This document shows positions 60,684 through 64,000 of a DNA stretch of 64,000 nucleotides, piece by piece. The notes below the pieces were generated by a model. The model worked only from the letters and a program-made list of their open reading frames with translations. It did no database searches and was not told the DNA's origin. Within the stretch, counting starts at the first letter, position 1, and each line of letters opens with the position of its first letter. Origin of the DNA: an uncultured Chloroflexia bacterium (GTDB taxonomy: Bacteria > Chloroflexota > Limnocylindria > Limnocylindrales > CSP1-4); NCBI GenBank assembly GCA_963712745.1, contig CAVQJC010000006.1:192001-256000 (forward strand), given 5' to 3'. A program made the translations under genes and the position numbers.

Positions 60684-63600
60684 CTACGCCGGAGTGGCGA
60701 GAGTGACGCCCAGGGCCTCTGCCACGGCCAGCAGCGTGTCATCGCTGCTGGTGAGCAGGACGAGCGCCGGGTTGGAGACGCCGCCCGATACGTCCTCGGT
60801 GAGCACCGCGTGCGCGCCGGCAAGATCGGCCACGATGCCGTTCGCGTTCTTGACGAACTGCCCGACATCCTCGGGTGTGTCCCACTTGGTCTGCCATACG
60901 ATGGCCCACTGACCGTCGCGGCCACCAAGGCTGACGAGGCGGTCACCGCCCCAGCCCGCAGCGGCCTTGGCACCCGGGAGCTTCACGGCAGCCTTGGCAT
61001 TGTCCTGGGTCCCCGGCTGACCATCAGCCAGCCAGACGTTGATACGCAGCTCGCCCATGGTCTGCTGCCACTGCTCCTTCCAGCCGTCCCCGAGCCGCCC
61101 GGCCACATCATCAAGGTCGATGGTAGTGGGGCGATCATCGGGGTAGAGCTTGGGATGGAGGATCTGCTCGGTGGACTCGGGCAGGCGTCCCCAGGCCTCG
61201 TTGACGCTGTCCCAGCCTCCCTGGTCACGCAGCTTGTCGACGAAGATGCGGCCTTCGAGGAACGGCAGTGAGTACTCACGCTGGAGCAGCAAGGGCATCG
61301 ACTGATAGACAGCATCGTCGCCGGGGACGATGACCTGGTTGGTCTTGTTCTTGTTGCCGAACTGCGCTGCCCAATCGAGCATCGTGGCGGTGCCGTCGCC
61401 CTGTTCCAGAGCGTAGGCCGCCAAGGCCTCGTCTCCGCGGCTCTTGTCATCCACACGAGCGGCATCGCTGCCGCTCCGCTGCAGGACCAGGGCCCGGCCG
61501 AACTCTCGCGCAGCCTCAGGGCGCTGGGTGGGATCGAGCTTGTCGATGGAGTCGACGATGGACTGGCGGCCTCGCTGCTCGATGTAGGCGACCGGCAGTG
61601 CCTGTCCGTAGAGCTGATCGAGCAGAGCGGCGAGGTCATCGCCGCTTTCGAGCAGGCCGAGCCGCTTCAGTGCCTTCTCCTCGGCCGCGATGGCATCTGG
61701 ATCGTGGACGATGCCCACCCGCCCAGCGAGTGCCCTTGCCTGGTCCTGGGCGCTGACACCGTCGTAGGGAGTCGTGCTCAGGTCAAGCTCGCGGACGCCT
61801 TCCGCCTGGCTGGCGATGGCGTCGAGCTGGGCGCTGACCTCGGGGTTATCGAGCGAACCACCCAGGCCCATCTGCTCGATCACGGGTCCGAGCGATACCG
61901 AGTAGGCCACGCTGCTGTTCTTGTCGACGGTAGAGCCCTCGACGGGCTCCTGACCGACGACGGTCCCGGCGGGCGCTTCGTCGTTGGCTTCCGAGCGCTC
62001 ACCCGGCTGGAGCTCGGCAGCGGTCAGAGCCGCCTTTGCCTCGTCCTCGGTGAGCCCTACGATGTCGGGGACGGTGACCGGCTTGGGGCCCTTGCTGACG
62101 GTCAGCACGACCGCGGAGCCGGCGGCGACCGTCTCGCCGGCGGCAGGTTCGGTCTTGACGGCGTTGCCGGTTTCGACCCCGGAGTTGAACTTCTGCTCGG
62201 TCGTGACCGCGAGGCCAAGCCCCTCGAGGGAAGCCTGGGCCTCGGCCGCCAGCTGGTTCCTGACGTCGGGGATGGTGATGGGGGGCGGACCGGCACTCAA
62301 CGTGTAGTCCACGGTGGAGCCCTTGTCGACCATGCTGTCGGCGGCCGGCTCCTGGTCGAGGACGGTGTTCTTGGGCGCCTGGTCATCGACGACCGTGACC
62401 TCACCCACGGTCAGCTCGGCGTCCTTGATGACGGTGTTGGCCTCGGCCCTCACGAGGTTGACGATGTCCGGCACCGTGACCTGCTTGGGGCCGTTGCTCA
62501 CGACGAGGGTGACGTCGGAGCCGATCTCGAGATCGGTGCCCGCGGCAGGCTCGGTCTTGACGGCGACGCCCTTCTCGACCTTGCCGTTGTTGCGTTCATC
62601 GACGGTGACCGCGAGGTCCGCGGCCTCGAGGGTCGCCTGCGCCTCGGCTGCGGGCTGACCCGCGACGTCGGGCACGGTGACGACCGGAGGACCGGCGCTG
62701 ACGGCGAGGTTCACGGCGGCGCCCTGGGGCACCTCCGAGTCGGCTGGTGGATCCTGGATGACGACGGTGCCCTGCGGCGCTGGATCGTCGACCACTTCGA
62801 CGGTCCCGACCGTGAGCCCGGCGTCGCTGATGGCCTCTTCGGCCGTGTCCTGCTGGCTGGCTATCACATCAGGCACGACGGCCATCTTGGGACCCATGCT
62901 CACCAGGAGCAGGACGTCCGAGCCGGCCGCGACCGTCTCGCCGGCGGCAGGTTCGGTCCTGATGGCGTTGCCCTCGGCGACCTTGGAGTTGTTGCGTTGC
63001 GCGACCGCGACCACGAGGTCGACCGCTTCGAGGGCGGCCTGGGCCTCGGCCGACGCCTGGTCCCTGACGTCCGGGATGGTGACCATCGGTGGACCAGAGC
63101 TGACCAGGAGGTTGACAGCCGAACCCTGCGGCACCTCGGCGGAGGCCGCGGGATCCTGGCCGACGACCGTGTTCTGGGCGGCGACGTCATCCACGCTTTC
63201 CACGATCCCGACCGCTAGGCCGGCCTCGTCGATGGCAGTGGTTGCAGCACCCTGCTTGAGCCCTACGATGTCGGGGACGGTGACCGGCTTGGGGCCCTTG
63301 CTGACGGTCAGCACGACCGCGGAGCCGGCGGCGACCGTCTCGCCGGCGGCAGGTTCGGTCTTGACGGCGTTGCCGGTTTCGACCCCGGAGTTGAACTTCT
63401 GCTCGGTCGTGACCGCGAGGCCAAGCCCCTCGAGGGAAGCCTGGGCCTCGGCCGCCAGCTGGTTCCTGACGTCGGGGATGGTGATGGGGGGCGGACCGGC
63501 ACTCAACGTGTAGTCCACGGTGGAGCCCTTGTCGACCATGCTGTCGGCGGCCGGCTCCTGGTCGAGGACGGTGTTCTTGGGCGCCTGGTCATCGACGACC

Positions 63601-64000
63601 GTGACCTCACCCACGGTCAGCTCGGCGTCCTTGATGACGGTGTTGGCCTCGGCCCTCACGAGGTTGACGATGTCCGGCACCGTGACCTGCTTGGGGCCGT
63701 TGCTCACGACGAGGGTGACGTCGGAGCCGATCTCGAGATCGGTGCCCGCGGCAGGCTCGGTCTTGACGGCGACGCCCTTCTCGACCTTGCCGTTGTTGCG
63801 TTCATCGACGGTGACCGCGAGGTCCGCGGCCTCGAGGGTCGCCTGCGCCTCGGCTGCGGGCTGACCCGCGACGTCGGGCACGGAACGGACCTTGGAACCT
63901 GTTGACACAGAAAGCGTGACAGGCGTGCCGATGGGAACCTCGGCGTCGGCCGCGGGGTCGGTCTTGACAGCGTTCCCGGCGGGGACCTTCTCATGTGTCT
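60684..64000 (-). CDS. Multi-PASTA (at least 10 x 67 aa) protein with C-terminal zincin-like domain; 5' end outside window
   Basis: Repeats (V/I)PD(V/I)..QxP/TEP..G..V.L.VSxGP. C-terminal EQGDGT, PFLEGRIFV, PESTEQILHP and GWGGD. The frame is open to the window end. Confidence 0.88.
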   Translation of the reverse strand, partial: THEKVPAGNAVKTDPAADAEVPIGTPVTLSVSTGSKVRSVPDVAGQPAAEAQATLEAADLAVTVDERNNGKVEKGVAVKTEPAAGTDLEIGSDVTLVVSNGPKQVTVPDIVNLVRAEANTVIKDAELTVGEVTVVDDQAPKNTVLDQEPAADSMVDKGSTVDYTLSAGPPPITIPDVRNQLAAEAQASLEGLGLAVTTEQKFNSGVETGNAVKTEPAAGETVAAGSAVVLTVSKGPKPVTVPDIVGLKQGAATTAIDEAGLAVGIVESVDDVAAQNTVVGQDPAASAEVPQGSAVNLLVSSGPPMVTIPDVRDQASAEAQAALEAVDLVVAVAQRNNSKVAEGNAIRTEPAAGETVAAGSDVLLLVSMGPKMAVVPDVIASQQDTAEEAISDAGLTVGTVEVVDDPAPQGTVVIQDPPADSEVPQGAAVNLAVSAGPPVVTVPDVAGQPAAEAQATLEAADLAVTVDERNNGKVEKGVAVKTEPAAGTDLEIGSDVTLVVSNGPKQVTVPDIVNLVRAEANTVIKDAELTVGEVTVVDDQAPKNTVLDQEPAADSMVDKGSTVDYTLSAGPPPITIPDVRNQLAAEAQASLEGLGLAVTTEQKFNSGVETGNAVKTEPAAGETVAAGSAVVLTVSKGPKPVTVPDIVGLTEDEAKAALTAAELQPGERSEANDEAPAGTVVGQEPVEGSTVDKNSSVAYSVSLGPVIEQMGLGGSLDNPEVSAQLDAIASQAEGVRELDLSTTPYDGVSAQDQARALAGRVGIVHDPDAIAAEEKALKRLGLLESGDDLAALLDQLYGQALPVAYIEQRGRQSIVDSIDKLDPTQRPEAAREFGRALVLQRSGSDAARVDDKSRGDEALAAYALEQGDGTATMLDWAAQFGNKNKTNQVIVPGDDAVYQSMPLLLQREYSLPFLEGRIFVDKLRDQGGWDSVNEAWGRLPESTEQILHPKLYPDDRPTTIDLDDVAGRLGDGWKEQWQQTMGELRINVWLADGQPGTQDNAKAAVKLPGAKAAAGWGGDRLVSLGGRDGQWAIVWQTKWDTPEDVGQFVKNANGIVADLAGAHAVLTEDVSGGVSNPALVLLTSSDDTLLAVAEALGVTLATPA
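62051..63883. repeat. Apparently identical 627-bp direct repeat (62051-62677 and 63257-63883; period 1206 = 6 x 201 bp)
   Basis: Sequences match on reading, and the off-frame ORFs translate identically (62102..62296 = 63308..63502; 62314..62658 = 63520..63864). Confidence 0.9.

Overview
High-GC bacterial chromosome segment. Gene content and protein style suggest Chloroflexota, possibly Limnocylindria (inference only). Four blocks are visible. (1) 1-13 kb holds core genes: a two-component system, HtrA, folB/folP/folC, a PASTA Ser/Thr kinase, galU, an EamA transporter and small Cys-rich ORFs. (2) 13.9-21.3 kb holds a GH2 beta-galactosidase and a sugar ABC transporter. (3) About 21.4-36.8 kb is an accessory region ending at a tRNA-Glu(TTC) gene. 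It contains four copies of the tRNA 3' end. Three are followed by the same short coding tail (WRPQG...DPLAWYA*), and one is preceded in frame by a recombinase-like remnant. This pattern suggests tandem, split-integrase elements. Their recurring cargo is an ECF sigma factor coupled to a membrane protein with a conserved anchor and a different extracellular domain in each copy. (4) 39.9-58.1 kb is a putative CarH/LitR (B12 photoreceptor) regulon. It has 11-bp-phased TnnACA operators, furan/cyclopropane fatty-acid genes, a photolyase, glycosyltransferases, a fasciclin and DUF4397 proteins. It is followed by argS and a protein with at least 10 PASTA domains. Several single-base frameshifts and a very degraded 33.6-36.8 kb stretch suggest indel errors in the assembly, so pseudogene calls are provisional.
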